Source: Planctomycetota bacterium (GTDB lineage: Bacteria > Planctomycetota > PLA2 > JAEUHO01). From it: a stretch of DNA of 64,000 nucleotides. The stretch's first letter is position 1; each line of letters opens with the position of its first letter. A program made the translations under genes and the position numbers. Positions 18,355 to 28,884 of this stretch are shown here, in pieces. The stretch is taken from positions 32,001 to 96,000 of the forward strand of contig JBFWRP010000013.1 in the NCBI GenBank assembly GCA_050248855.1, read 5' to 3'. Under the pieces are notes generated by a model that was not told where the DNA came from, did no database searches, and saw only the letters and a list, made by a program, of their open reading frames with translations.

Positions 18355-19443
18355 TCAGGGCGACGCCGAGGGCTTCGCCTCGCGCTCCAGCAGCTCGCGC
18401 TTGCGCTCCACGCCCCACCGGTAGCCGGCGAGCGACCCGTCGCCCCGCACGACGCGATGGCAGGGCACGAGCAGGGCGACGCGATTGCGGGCACAGGCCG
18501 AAGCCACGGCGCGGACCGCGTCCGGTCGCCCGACGCGCTTCGCCAGCTCGGTGTACGTAATGGTGGACCCGGGCGGGACCTTGCGCAGCGCTTGCCAGAC
18601 CTGCATCTGGAGCAGGGTGCCCTGCAAGTCCAGGGGGAGCTTCGCGGACGAACCCGGCTGCTCCACGAGGCGGAGTACGTCCGCGAGGAGCGCGGCGCCG
18701 TCGGAGTCGGCCTCGCGGATGCGCGCGCGGGCGAAGTCCCTGGCCAGCGCGGTGCGGAGCGCATGGCCGTCGTCTCCCAGCGCCACGGCACAGATACCGC
18801 GCGTCGTCCACGCGACGAGCACGTGGCCGAGGCTGGAGGTGCCCACGGCGACCTCGACGTCCAGGCCTGCTCCCTGCTGGCGCCGCGACGTGGGCGTCAT
18901 GCCCAGGACGGCGTCGGCCTGTTCGTAGAACCGGCCCGACGAACCGTAGCCGGCGCGATGGAAGGCGGCCGTCACCGCGCTGCCTGCGGCGAGCTCCGAG
19001 CGGACCCGCTGCCCACGCATCTCCTGCGCGTACGCATGCGGCGTGAGGCCCGTGACGCGGCGGAACACCCGCTGGAGCCGAGCCATGCCGACGCCCAACC
19101 GCCCGGCCAGCGATGCCACCGGGGGGATCTCCTCCGCTGCCTCGAGGGCTCGACAGGCCTCGGCCACGAGGCGGGCCTCCCGCTCCTCGCGGGATGCGGC
19201 CTCCGGTCGGCAGCGCAAGCACGCGCGATAGCCGGCGCGTCGGGCGGCCCGCGCGTCGTCGTGGAACTCGATGTTCTCCGGCTTCGCGGCGCGCGACGGG
19301 CACGAAGGGCGGCAGAACACACCGGTCGTGCGCACGGCGTACACGAACGTCCCGTCGGCCCGGGCGTCACGTGCACGCACCAGCGCATGCCGCGGATCGT
19401 CCTCGACGGCGAGCTTCGCGGGCGCGGGGCGGATCTGGCGGAT
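18355..19443 (-). CDS. ada: Bifunctional transcriptional activator / O6-methylguanine-DNA methyltransferase Ada
   Basis: RDARADGTFVYAVRTTGVFCRPSC and GYRACLRCRP zinc site; AraC HTH; PCHRV active site. Start uncertain (ATC at 19443 or GTG at 19380). Confidence 0.93.
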   Translation of the reverse strand: MRQIRPAPAKLAVEDDPRHALVRARDARADGTFVYAVRTTGVFCRPSCPSRAAKPENIEFHDDARAARRAGYRACLRCRPEAASREEREARLVAEACRALEAAEEIPPVASLAGRLGVGMARLQRVFRRVTGLTPHAYAQEMRGQRVRSELAAGSAVTAAFHRAGYGSSGRFYEQADAVLGMTPTSRRQQGAGLDVEVAVGTSSLGHVLVAWTTRGICAVALGDDGHALRTALARDFARARIREADSDGAALLADVLRLVEQPGSSAKLPLDLQGTLLQMQVWQALRKVPPGSTITYTELAKRVGRPDAVRAVASACARNRVALLVPCHRVVRGDGSLAGYRWGVERKRELLEREAKPSASP

Positions 19444-19537
19444 GGGAGATCTCCGAGGGGGGGGACGGAGCGGAAGGTAGGCCGCCGCCCGTACGCGCGC
19501 ACTCCGGATCGCGACGTCGAATCCCGAACGTCTCGCG

Positions 19538-20560
19538 TCAGGCCGCGCGCGGGTGCACGCAACAGGCCACGAGCTCGACGTCCGGGCTCAGGTAGCCCGG
19601 CTTGACGGGCTCGACGCGGCAGAGGTCGGTGCTGAGGTACTTCTTGTTCGAGTCGGGGAAGACGGTCGCCACCACGGCCTCGGCACCCATCGACCGCGCC
19701 ACCTGCAGCGCCCCCAGCAAGTTGGCGCCTGAGCTGATCCCGAGCCCCATGCCGAACTGGGCGGCCAAGCGCTGGGCCATCAGGATCGCGTCGCCGTCGT
19801 GGACGTCGACGATGTCGTCGAGGCTCGCGAGGTCCAGGATGGAGGGCACGAACTCGTCGCTGATGCCCTGGATGCGGTGGTGGCCGACGCGTTTGCCCGT
19901 GCGCAGCGTGGGCGAGCTCGCCGGTTCGAGGGGATGGACGCGCACGTTCGGGTTGGCCTCGCGCAAACGGCGTCCCACACCCATCACGGTGCCGCCCGTC
20001 CCGACGCCTGCCACGAAGGCATCGGCCGTCTTGCCCAGGGCCGCCAGCTGCCGCACGAGCTCCTCGCCCGTTCCGCAAGCGTGGGCCGCGACGTTGGCGG
20101 GCGTGTCGAACTGCTGGGGCCGGAAGGCGTCCGGATGCTCGGCGGCGTAGGCGTCGGCCAGGGCGATCGACCCCACGAACCCGCCCTCGGCCTTGCTCAC
20201 GGGCACGATCGTGGCTCCCAGGGACTGGATCAGCAGCACGCGCTCGCGACTCATCCAGTCAGGCATGTAGATGCGCACGGGGTGGAGCAGCGCACGCCCC
20301 AAGGCCGCGAAGGCGATGCCCGTGTTGCCGCTCGTCGCCTCCACGATCTCCCCGCCAGGAGCCAAGCGCCCGGTGCGCCACGCCTCTTCCAGGATGTAGA
20401 GGGCCATCCGGTCCTTGATGCTGCCGGTGAAGTTGGGCACCTCGTACTTGGCGAACACCGTCCGCTCGTCCTCGCCGATCCGGCAGCGGATCTCCATCAA
20501 CGGCGTGTTGCCCACCAGGGCGTGCAACGAGCGGAAGATCGACTCGTAGGAGCTGGCCAT
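19538..20560 (-). CDS. PLP-dependent cysteine synthase family protein
   Basis: [33 protein letters not shown] and GISSGA motifs. Confidence 0.92.
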   Translation of the reverse strand: MASSYESIFRSLHALVGNTPLMEIRCRIGEDERTVFAKYEVPNFTGSIKDRMALYILEEAWRTGRLAPGGEIVEATSGNTGIAFAALGRALLHPVRIYMPDWMSRERVLLIQSLGATIVPVSKAEGGFVGSIALADAYAAEHPDAFRPQQFDTPANVAAHACGTGEELVRQLAALGKTADAFVAGVGTGGTVMGVGRRLREANPNVRVHPLEPASSPTLRTGKRVGHHRIQGISDEFVPSILDLASLDDIVDVHDGDAILMAQRLAAQFGMGLGISSGANLLGALQVARSMGAEAVVATVFPDSNKKYLSTDLCRVEPVKPGYLSPDVELVACCVHPRAA

Positions 20561-20669
20561 GGCGCCTCCTCCAGTCCGCTCGCACATGATGACGCCGTGG
20601 GACAAGGGCGGGGCAGGGATCCCGGGCCGTGCGCCTCCGCCCGACGGCGCCGTGGCGTACGCTGGCGCC

Positions 20670-21476
20670 ATGACGCTGGTCACCCCCTCGGGTCTCCCTT
20701 CCTCGCGGCTGGCCCTGGGTGCGCATCCCCAGACGCCGGGGGCCTGCGTGGACGTAGCGCTCGAGCGCGGGATCCGGTCGTTCTTCTTCTACGACCGGCA
20801 CGCCGCCGCCGTGCTCGAGAGGTTGGCGCGCGCCCTCCCCCCGCGACGTGAGGACACGCTCCTTCTCACGGGCACGGAGGAGCGCGACATCCCCGGCGTC
20901 CAGGGCGACCTGGACGCGATCCGCACGCGCCTGGGTGTCGACGCCGTCGACGCGTTCCTGCTCCTCTACGTCGCACCCGGCGAGTCCATCGGCGACATCG
21001 ATCGCTTGTTGGACCACCTCCACGAGCAGCGCGAAGCGGGGGCCCTGCGCTACGTGGGCGCCTCCGCACACGACCGCCAGCAAGCCGAACGCCTGGCCCG
21101 CGACCCGCGGGTCGACGTGCTCATGCACCGCTACAACATGGCGCATCGAGGGGCGGAGCAGGCAGTGTTCCCCGCGGCCCTCGAAGCCAAGACCCCCGTG
21201 ATCGCCTTCACGTGCACGCGTTGGAGGACACTGCTGGCCGGCCACGGGGACTGGCCGCACGAGGTTCCCTCGGCGCCGGACTGCTACCGCTTTGCCCTCG
21301 CGCACCCGGCCGTCGAGCTGGCGCTGACGGCCCCCCACTCGGTCGAGGAGCTGCGTCAGAACCTCGCCGTCCTCGACGCTCGCCCACCGACGCCCGAAGA
21401 GATGGCGACGTGGCGCGCCTACGGCGACGTCGTCTACGGCGGCGTCCCCGGCGAGTTCGAGACGAGCTGGCCGTGA
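20670..21476 (+). CDS. Aldo/keto reductase-like oxidoreductase
   Basis: [27 protein letters not shown] and YRFAL.HP.V motifs. Confidence 0.75.
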   Translation: MTLVTPSGLPSSRLALGAHPQTPGACVDVALERGIRSFFFYDRHAAAVLERLARALPPRREDTLLLTGTEERDIPGVQGDLDAIRTRLGVDAVDAFLLLYVAPGESIGDIDRLLDHLHEQREAGALRYVGASAHDRQQAERLARDPRVDVLMHRYNMAHRGAEQAVFPAALEAKTPVIAFTCTRWRTLLAGHGDWPHEVPSAPDCYRFALAHPAVELALTAPHSVEELRQNLAVLDARPPTPEEMATWRAYGDVVYGGVPGEFETSWP

Positions 21477-21904
21477 CCCTGCTCCTCGCCCACGCCGCCG
21501 TAACGCTGCTTCTGACCGGTCTCATCTGGACCGTGCAGGTCGTGCTCTACCCGCTGATGAGCGACATCGGAGCCGAGGCGTTCGGCGCGTGGCACCAGCG
21601 GTACACACGGGCGATCACGTGGCTCGTGGGCCCCTTGATGCTGGCCGAGCTGGGCCTGGCGATCGCGCTGCCGTTCGTGAAGCCCGCGGGCGTACCCGAG
21701 CCGTGGACCTGGCTCGGCGTGGCGCTGGTGCTCCAGATCCACGCCGTGACGGCACTGGTCTCGGTGCCGTGCCACGAGCGCTTGGCCGAGGGGTTCGAGG
21801 CGGACGCCCACCGCCGCCTCGTCCGCTCCACTTGGCTGCGCACGATCGGTTGGACGGTGCGCGCCGGCTTGGCGATCGGCATGGTGGCCGTCGGGCGAGC
21901 CTAA
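21473..21904 (+). CDS. Small four-TM membrane protein
   Basis: GTGA overlap; GLIWTVQVV.YP, VP.H..L and W.RT..W motifs. Confidence 0.75.
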   Translation: MTLLLAHAAVTLLLTGLIWTVQVVLYPLMSDIGAEAFGAWHQRYTRAITWLVGPLMLAELGLAIALPFVKPAGVPEPWTWLGVALVLQIHAVTALVSVPCHERLAEGFEADAHRRLVRSTWLRTIGWTVRAGLAIGMVAVGRA

Positions 21905-21914
21905 CGACTCGACG

Positions 21915-23159
21915 TCACTCGTTGCCCTCCGGGTCGAGGTCGGCTTCGACCTCGGCGGCCCGCTCCGTCTCGCCCGCTTGGTGGAAGAGCGAGCGCGCAT
22001 GGACCAGGAGGGCGCGGCCTTCGTCCTCACGGCCCGTGCGCCGCGCCGCCAAGCCCCGTGCCCACAGCGCCTGGGCCCTCGACGCCGGCCTCTCCAGCTT
22101 CTCGTAGAGCCGCTCGGCCTTGCCGGCAAGCTCGATGACCCGGTTCCAGTCGCCGTCGGCCGAGCGCTCGGGAGAGACCACGCTGCTCGCACGCAAGAGG
22201 GCGCGCGCTTGGAGCAGCTCGTCCCCGATGCGTCCGGCCAGCTGCTCGGCGCGCTCGTAGAACGACACCGCCTCGCCGAGCCTCGTGTCGTCGTCGCCAT
22301 CCTGTTCGACACAAACACCGAGCTGGTAGGCGATGGTCGCTCGCAGCTCGTCCAGGTTGAGCACCTGGCGCTCGGACACCTGCGAGGCGAAGGTGTCGGC
22401 TCGTCGGTAGGCCGCTTCGCAGTCCGCCCACGTCGTATCGGGGACGTGGCCCGGCATCAGGCACCACGCCTCGTCCACGAGGGCCGAGAGGCGCAGGGCA
22501 ATCAGCGTCTTCTCCCCCTGCGCCGTGGTCTGGGCGGCGCGGCAGCAATCGACGGCGCGCAGCCAGTCGTTCGGCGCGCCCTTGCGCATGAACACGTTGC
22601 CCAGGCCGAGGGAAGCCGACGCACGGGCGTGTGCGTCCGAGGGTCCGCTCCGTTGCCAGAGGAACATCCTGGCCTCCGAGACCGAGCGGAAGGCCTCCTC
22701 GGCGCGGACGAGGGTGTCCGCGTCGCGCGGCGCATCCAGCCAGGCCCACCCCGCGGACGCCCACGCTTCTTGGGCCTCGACGGTTGCTCCGCACCCGCGC
22801 CAGGCGTACGCCGCCTGCTCGTAGGCCTGGGCCGCCTCCCGCTCGCGACCCGGTTGGTTGCGGAGCTCCCCGGCGCGAAGCGTGGCATCGATCCCGGACT
22901 GGCAGTTCGCCGCCGATCCACTCAGCAGACTACGCGGGCCGTCCCGCGGGGTGGGGTCCGACACGGCACCGAGCAGCTTCGCGATGATGTAGGCGATCAC
23001 GAACGCCCCACCGACGCCGATCGGAACGGCCTTCTTGCCGGGTTTGGCACGTGAGCGACTCGCCCCCAGGACGGACGGCCGCGAGCTCACCGGGGCCCGT
23101 CGCCGAGACGGCTGCCGCGGGGCGGGTCGACGGGAGGGGCGCGGGGGATCGGGGGACAT
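21915..23159 (-). CDS. Membrane-anchored TPR-like protein
   Basis: One TM segment followed by Ala-rich helical repeats (A...LGNVF, A...YERA). Confidence 0.6.
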   Translation of the reverse strand: MSPDPPRPSRRPAPRQPSRRRAPVSSRPSVLGASRSRAKPGKKAVPIGVGGAFVIAYIIAKLLGAVSDPTPRDGPRSLLSGSAANCQSGIDATLRAGELRNQPGREREAAQAYEQAAYAWRGCGATVEAQEAWASAGWAWLDAPRDADTLVRAEEAFRSVSEARMFLWQRSGPSDAHARASASLGLGNVFMRKGAPNDWLRAVDCCRAAQTTAQGEKTLIALRLSALVDEAWCLMPGHVPDTTWADCEAAYRRADTFASQVSERQVLNLDELRATIAYQLGVCVEQDGDDDTRLGEAVSFYERAEQLAGRIGDELLQARALLRASSVVSPERSADGDWNRVIELAGKAERLYEKLERPASRAQALWARGLAARRTGREDEGRALLVHARSLFHQAGETERAAEVEADLDPEGNE

Positions 23160-23182
23160 GTGCGAGCCCGAGGGTACCGACG

Positions 23183-24172
23183 TCAGACGCCCGGCGGCTT
23201 CGGTCGCTTCGACCGGCGCGGCGCCTGCGCTTCCTCCGCCGGATCCGCCTTGAGCTGGGCCCGCTCCTCGATGCGACGCAAGGTGGCCGACGGAACGCCG
23301 GCATGCGTGAGCAACGGGACCTCGGAGGACCGCGCCCCCTTCTTCGTCGGGGGGCCCACGGTGGAGACGTCGAGCCACGCGGGGCAGGATCGCGCACACA
23401 CATGCGCTCGCACGTGGAGGGGCGGCGCCCGTCGATCGGTGGACGGCAGCGCCAACAGGTCATCGATGGTGCCGTGGCGGATGGCCTCGCGCGCATCGCG
23501 CGGTGGCACGTGGCGAATCGAGGCGACGTCGATGACGTCGCAGAAGCGGCGACACTCTTCGCAGTAGACGCGGTCCAACCGCTTCTCGGCCATGAGCCAC
23601 GCGCCGCCTGCCAGGATGCCGAGCTCGACCAGCCAGACGAGCCAGACCATCCCGCCGCTGAGACCCACGCCGCCCGAGCGGCGCCCCACGGTCCAGCCGC
23701 CCTCCTGGCGCAGCTGGATGTAGTCGCCAACGCCAAAGCTGGAGACGAGCTCTTCGAACGCCTCCTCGTCGAACTCCCCCTCACCCTCCAGGGCAAGTCG
23801 CGTCTGCAACGCCTCGCGTTCTTCCCGGATCTCCCCCCGCGTGAAGACGGCCGCCGCCTGGAACGAAACGACGAACGCCACGGCGGCCGCCCCCGCCGCG
23901 AACCCCGCGCCCATCTTGGCGGCGCGCCCATGGGTCTTGAGGAAGGCCTCCGACATCGCCCAGCCGATCGCCGCGGCGAAGCCGCCCACGATCAGGAAGT
24001 TCACGTAGATCAAGGGCATCCACATGGTGATGCGCTGGTAGGCAAATGCGCCTGCACTCGCCAGGGCCACCACGGCGAGCGCCGCCGGCACCGTGGAAGA
24101 GCCGACGCGATCCGACGGTTCGTAGAAGTCCCAGCCCGCATAGGGGCGACGCGAACTGCCCGACGAGCTCAC
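23183..24172 (-). CDS. Hypothetical membrane protein with C-terminal CxxC zinc-like motifs
   Basis: Four TM segments; YCEEC and CARSC. Confidence 0.65.
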   Translation of the reverse strand: MSSSGSSRRPYAGWDFYEPSDRVGSSTVPAALAVVALASAGAFAYQRITMWMPLIYVNFLIVGGFAAAIGWAMSEAFLKTHGRAAKMGAGFAAGAAAVAFVVSFQAAAVFTRGEIREEREALQTRLALEGEGEFDEEAFEELVSSFGVGDYIQLRQEGGWTVGRRSGGVGLSGGMVWLVWLVELGILAGGAWLMAEKRLDRVYCEECRRFCDVIDVASIRHVPPRDAREAIRHGTIDDLLALPSTDRRAPPLHVRAHVCARSCPAWLDVSTVGPPTKKGARSSEVPLLTHAGVPSATLRRIEERAQLKADPAEEAQAPRRSKRPKPPGV

Positions 24173-24239
24173 GACTCTGCCCTCCTCGTTCCGGTGCCGC
24201 TGCGGAGTGTACGGAACGTGGGCTTCAGGCCGCCAGGGT

Positions 24240-24700
24240 CAGGTCGTGCCGGGAGGGGCAGATCGCCGACCTCGATCGACGTCTCGCGACCCTGGCAGCT
24301 CACGTCCGAGCCCAGGTGGAGAACGCCCGTCAGGGCTACGGGCAGCTGACGCGGGCGGTGCGTGAGGCCACGGCCGCGCCGGCCGGTGCGTCGCTCGAGG
24401 CCCTGGCTGCACGTACGCAGCTCCTGGACGAGACGCTGCACGACACCCGGCCGGTCGCGGAGCGTATCGAGGCGCTCAAGAGCAACCCGCACGGCGCCTA
24501 CCACTACGTACCCAAGGCCGATCACGGCGAGCTGATCACCTCGATGGGACGCATCGAGGAGCACCACCGCCGGACCCGGCGGAAGTACGACACGAGCAGG
24601 TGATGGACGCCCTGATCGCATTGGGCCAGGGGCAGCAGCAGATCATGGACATGATCGTGTCGTCGTCCGAGCAGTCGGCTGGCGCTCCCCACGCGGGCCG
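24240..24700 (+). pseudogene. Possible frameshifted coiled-coil protein fragment
   Basis: Protein-like helical sequence in 24046-24603 appears to continue in another frame (EQVMDALIALGQGQQQIMDMIV); no clear start. Confidence 0.3.
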
Positions 24701-24938
24701 AGATCGCCGAGGGGCGCATCCGCTTCTCGCCCTACGGCGAACAGCTTGCCAAGCGCCAAGGCGAGCTCGACCGCCGCCTCTTGGCCTACACCCTGGCGTT
24801 CGGTGATCCGGCGCACGGCGCCGACACGCACGCGCACCTCTGGCTGCGCACGCTCCTCCATGCGGCCGCGATGGATGCCACGCCGTAGGCCCAACATCCT
24901 CCGCTCGCCAGACCCGGCGTCCCCCTATCTTGGCGCGG

Positions 24939-25448
24939 ATGGGAAGCACGTGGCCCGAGCGCTTGGATGCACTGCGCGACCGCTTCACGCTTCGGGCCCT
25001 CGTGCTTGCCGCGGTGGCCGTGTCGTTGCTGTTCCTCCTGACGATCTACGGTGCCGTGCTGCTCGGCACGCGCGTGACGCTACCGACCCTGGCCCTCCTG
25101 CCGTTCTGGGCGGGCCTGTTGGCCATCGTCCTCTGGATGCCCTGGGACTGGGGCGACCCGGAGCCAAGTCACATTCTCGGGCAGTGGGTCTACTGGGAGG
25201 GGTTGCTCGTGTGCGGGTCCGTCGCGACCGTCGCCGCACTTCATGGCAAGTACCTCCACATGCTGGCCGATGCCTTGAAGGGTCCCCCGCCGCCGCAAGA
25301 CGAGCCGTGGCAAGCGCTCCTCCACGCCGACAGGCTGCAAGCCCTGCGCGACGACGTGCTCGGTGCAGCCCTCATGTCCGAGGTGGGCTACCTACCGATC
25401 GCGCTCCTCGGCGTCGCGCTGCTGCTCGACTGGTGGATTCTCCGCTAG
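24939..25448 (+). CDS. Hypothetical membrane protein
   Basis: Four hydrophobic segments and GC3-rich codons. Confidence 0.55.
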   Translation: MGSTWPERLDALRDRFTLRALVLAAVAVSLLFLLTIYGAVLLGTRVTLPTLALLPFWAGLLAIVLWMPWDWGDPEPSHILGQWVYWEGLLVCGSVATVAALHGKYLHMLADALKGPPPPQDEPWQALLHADRLQALRDDVLGAALMSEVGYLPIALLGVALLLDWWILR

Positions 25449-25939
25449 GGCAAGTCCCGCATCGGGAAGTCCAAGCCGGGCGGCACGGGATGGCCGAAGG
25501 CGCGAAGCATCACCTTCACCTGGCCGATGTGGTGGAACACATGCGTCTGCGTGCGGAGCACGGCGTAGGCGGGCGCGAACGTGGCCTCGCGACCGCCGTA
25601 CTGGAGGAACGGCGTAGGCGTGGCGAGGGCCTCGTCGGACATCCCCTCGAGCCACGAGCGCGTCCGTGCGGCCACGCGCTGGCGGAACGCTTCAAGCGCA
25701 TCGACCGAGGCGGCATCGGCGTCGGCCTCGTCGACGAGCATCTCGCCGTTGACCACCCCGATCCAGTAGCGCTCGGCGCTGATCACGTGCTGCAGCTTCT
25801 GCGCGATCGTGCCGGGCCCGATGGCCTCGAGCGTGCGGTGGATCACGTCGGACGGCGCGGTGCGGGCGTGGTCCAGCACGCCCTTCAGGCTGTGGTGCGT
25901 GCGCCGCTGGAGGTCCATCAGGCTCGCGGCGGTGTGCAT
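25445..25939 (-). CDS. DinB family protein
   Basis: TI...L.HV..AE.YW and H..HH.GQ....LR..G..P metal-binding pattern. Confidence 0.85.
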   Translation of the reverse strand: MHTAASLMDLQRRTHHSLKGVLDHARTAPSDVIHRTLEAIGPGTIAQKLQHVISAERYWIGVVNGEMLVDEADADAASVDALEAFRQRVAARTRSWLEGMSDEALATPTPFLQYGGREATFAPAYAVLRTQTHVFHHIGQVKVMLRAFGHPVPPGLDFPMRDLP

Positions 25940-26083
25940 GGGGCCCCCCGCGCGGTCCCCGACCGCGCCGGGCCAGCCTACGGGGGAGGCCTTCGTGAAG
26001 GGGCCGCGGGGGCACGCTGCGCACCACTGTCCGAGCCCGGGCCCGGGCACTAGGTTGGAGGGCCTTCCCGGAGGAGACCTGCC

Positions 26084-26488
26084 ATGAGCCCCCGCCGCCT
26101 CACTCTCGCCCTTGCCGCCGCGCTCCTGCTTCCCGCCTGCGGCGAACAGGCCAAGGAGAAGACCAAGGAGATCGGCCACGCGATCGGCGAAAAGGCCGGT
26201 GCGACGTGGGCCTCCATCCGGGACTTCACCGTCGAGAAGAAGGACCAGGCCGTGGAGTTCTTCTCCAAGAGCAAGGACGCCCTCGCCGAGGACTTCGAGA
26301 AGGTCAAGGCCAAGAGCGCCGATTGGTCCGAGGGAGCGAAGGAGTCCCTGGACCACAAATGGGAGCAGGTCCAGCAGACCTACGCCAAGGCCAAGGACGC
26401 CACCGGCGAGGGCTGGGCCACCGCCCGCGACGCCTTCAAGGCCGCCGTCGACGCCTTCAAGCAGGAGCTCGAGAAGCACCGCGAGTAG
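26084..26488 (+). CDS. Hypothetical helical lipoprotein
   Basis: GGAGG RBS; LPAC lipobox; amphipathic Lys/Glu/Ala/Trp repeats. Confidence 0.8.
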   Translation: MSPRRLTLALAAALLLPACGEQAKEKTKEIGHAIGEKAGATWASIRDFTVEKKDQAVEFFSKSKDALAEDFEKVKAKSADWSEGAKESLDHKWEQVQQTYAKAKDATGEGWATARDAFKAAVDAFKQELEKHRE

Positions 26489-26560
26489 CCGTTCGCCGAA
26501 CGCCGCTCGCGCGGCCTGCACGCACTCGATCTCACCACAGCCCTGGAATCAGGGCTTTCG

Positions 26561-26661
26561 CCACCCCGGAATTCCGGGGTGGAGGCGCCACGCCGGAATT
26601 CCGGGGTGGCTTGCCGTGCCGAAGCCCCGGCGGCGAGTGGTCGCGCCGGAATTCCGGCGCG
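26561..26661. repeat. Three palindromes with core CCGGAATTCCGG
   Basis: Cores at 26566, 26593 and 26646; copies 1 and 3 extend to perfect 22-bp and 20-bp palindromes. Confidence 0.85.
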
Positions 26662-26681
26662 CCTTCCCGGGGAGACACGCC

Positions 26682-27449
26682 ATGGACCCGCTGCCTCCTG
26701 ATCTTCGCGATTGCCTGCGCGGCATCCCCTCCATCGGTGTCATCACCGGGGCCGGCGTGTCCGTGGAGAGCGGGATCCGCTCCTACCGCGGCCAGGGGGG
26801 GCTGTACGACGACCCCGAGGAGGGAGAGCGAAACGCCGAGGCCCTGAGCGGCCCGGTCCTACGCCGTGATCCGGACCGCACGTGGCGCGTGGTCGCAGAG
26901 ATGGCGCGCGCCTCGGCGGGCGCCAAGCCCAACGCCGGACACGAGGCCCTCGTGCGCCTCGAGCAGGGCGTCGAACGCTTCGTGCTGCTCACGCAGAACG
27001 TCGACGGCCTGCACGCGGCCGCGGGGTCCAGGAACATCATCGACATCCATGGCGACATCCGCACGACACGGTGCATGTCGTGCGATGCCTTGGCCCGCCT
27101 GACCCCCGAGTTGCTGCGGGCCCTCGAGGTCGCGCCCCGCTGTGCCCACTGCGACGGCGTGCTGCGCCCCGACATCGTCCTGTTCGGTGAGTACCTGCCG
27201 CCCGCGAAGTACGCCCGCATCCAGGCCGAGCTCGTCGAGGACCCGCCCGATCTCCTCCTGGCCGCCGGGACGACGGCGCTCTTCCCCTACATCTGCCATC
27301 CCGTGATCGCCGTCGCCGAAGTGGACCACATCACGGTCGAGGTGAACCCCGAGCCCACCGTCCTCACCGACGTGGTCGGCTGGAGCCTGCGCGGAAGCGC
27401 CGGCCAGCTCCTGCCGGCGATTGCCGACGCCGTGCTCGGCGTCGCCTGA
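26682..27449 (+). CDS. cobB: NAD-dependent protein deacylase (sirtuin)
   Basis: TGAGVSVESGI, PNAGH, TQNVDGLH, HG, two CxxC and RPDIVLFGE motifs. Confidence 0.9.
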   Translation: MDPLPPDLRDCLRGIPSIGVITGAGVSVESGIRSYRGQGGLYDDPEEGERNAEALSGPVLRRDPDRTWRVVAEMARASAGAKPNAGHEALVRLEQGVERFVLLTQNVDGLHAAAGSRNIIDIHGDIRTTRCMSCDALARLTPELLRALEVAPRCAHCDGVLRPDIVLFGEYLPPAKYARIQAELVEDPPDLLLAAGTTALFPYICHPVIAVAEVDHITVEVNPEPTVLTDVVGWSLRGSAGQLLPAIADAVLGVA

Positions 27450-27633
27450 GCGCCCACTCCCAGGGGCCAAGGTCCCAGGCTCCACGCCAAGCCTCACGAA
27501 CGTTGGCCGTTCGGTGGAGATAGGGAGCAACGGGTTGACCGATCCACAAGTCGCGGTCTAGCGCCTTCGGCGATCATGCCCGTCCTGCCGCGCGGCCCGG
27601 GAGGCGGCGCGGCCCCCCCTTGGAGCCCTCCCC

Positions 27634-28824
27634 ATGCTGAGAACTGCCCTTTGCGGGCTCGCCTTGCTCGTTGCCGGGACCTGGAGTCCCGCGCGCGCCG
27701 ACGACGAGGCGAAGCCGCTCGCGTTCGAGCTGAAAGACCCCGCCGGGAAGCCCTGGCGGCTCGAGGACCACCGCGGCAAGTGGGTCGTGCTCGAGTGGGT
27801 CAACTACGACTGCCCCTTCGTCAAGAAGCACTACGACGCCAGCCACCGGAACATGCAGACGCTGCAGAGCACGTACACCGCCAAGGGCGTTGTGTGGTTC
27901 TCGATCTGCTCCTCCGGCGAGGGCAAGAAGGGCTACCTCACGCCCGAGCAGGCCACGGAGCGCCTGAAGAGCGAGGGCGCCGCCCCCACGGCCCTGCTGC
28001 TCGATCCCGAGGGTGACGTCGGCCGGCTGCTCGGCGCCAAGGTCACGCCGGACGTGCGGATCATCGACCCCGAAGGCAAGGTCGCCTACGCAGGCGCCAT
28101 CGACAGCCTGCGCGGCAAGGACCCCGCCGAAGTCAAGGACGCCACGAACTACGTCGCGACGTTCCTCGACGCGGTGCTGGCGGACCAGGGTCGGCCCTTC
28201 GCCTTCCACCCCCCCTACGGCTGAAGCGTCAAGTACGCACCCCGTGAGGGTGACGAGCCCAAGGTGGCTCCGCAGTTCACGCTGGCCGACTCCAACGGCA
28301 CCGAGCACAGCTTGGCCGACTTCAAGGGCAAGTGGGTCGTCCTGGAGTGGGTCAACTACGACTGCCCCTTCGTCAAGAAGCACTACGACGCCAGCCACAA
28401 GAACATGCAGACGCTGCAGGGCACGTACACCGCCAAGGGCGTGGTGTGGCTCTCGATCTGCTCGTCGGGCGAAGGCAAGCAGGGCTACATGACCCAGGCA
28501 GACGCGGCGCGTCGCCTCGGCGAGCAGGGGGGCAAGCCCACGGCGCTGCTGCTCGATCCCCTGGGTGACGTGGGCCGCGCCTACGGCGCCAAGACCACAC
28601 CCGACATGCGGATCATCGACCCGCAAGGGCACATCGTGTACGCGGGTGCCATCGACAGCCTGCGTGGCAAGGACCCGGCCGAGGTGGCTGGGGCCACGAA
28701 CCACGTGGCCGAGGTGCTCGACGCCGTGCTGGCCGGCAAGCCCGTGCCCTACGCCGTCCAGCCCCCGTACGGCTGAGGCGTCAAGTACGCGTCCCGTGAG
28801 GACGCCACCGTCAGCGCCAAGTAG
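27634..28824 (+). CDS. Secreted tandem redoxin (AhpC/TSA-like thioredoxin fold) selenoprotein, 396 aa, Sec at codons 197 and 381
   Basis: ORFs 27634-28224 and 28264-28776 are in frame; both end PPYG-TGA followed by (S/G)VKY, restoring the family motif PYGC.VKY; each domain has EWVNYDCPFVKKHY; SECIS-like hairpins follow both UGAs; true stop TAG at 28822. Confidence 0.9.
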
Positions 28825-28846
28825 CTGCGGCTACCGGCCCTACGCT

Positions 28847-28875
28847 GCGGGGAGGCCCATCGCGGGCCTCCCCGC
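28847..28875. terminator. Probable terminator hairpin between convergent genes
   Basis: GCGGGGAGGCCC-ATCGC-GGGCCTCCCCGC followed by GTTCGTT. Confidence 0.7.
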
Positions 28876-28884
28876 GTTCGTTCG

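Noticed and set aside
26561..26661. Mini-CRISPR
   Set aside because: Only three short palindromes with unequal, too-short spacers.
28264..28776. Separate second redoxin gene, as in the ORF track
   Set aside because: It is in frame with the upstream ORF across a UGA in a conserved motif and has no signal peptide, so it is better explained as domain 2 of one selenoprotein.
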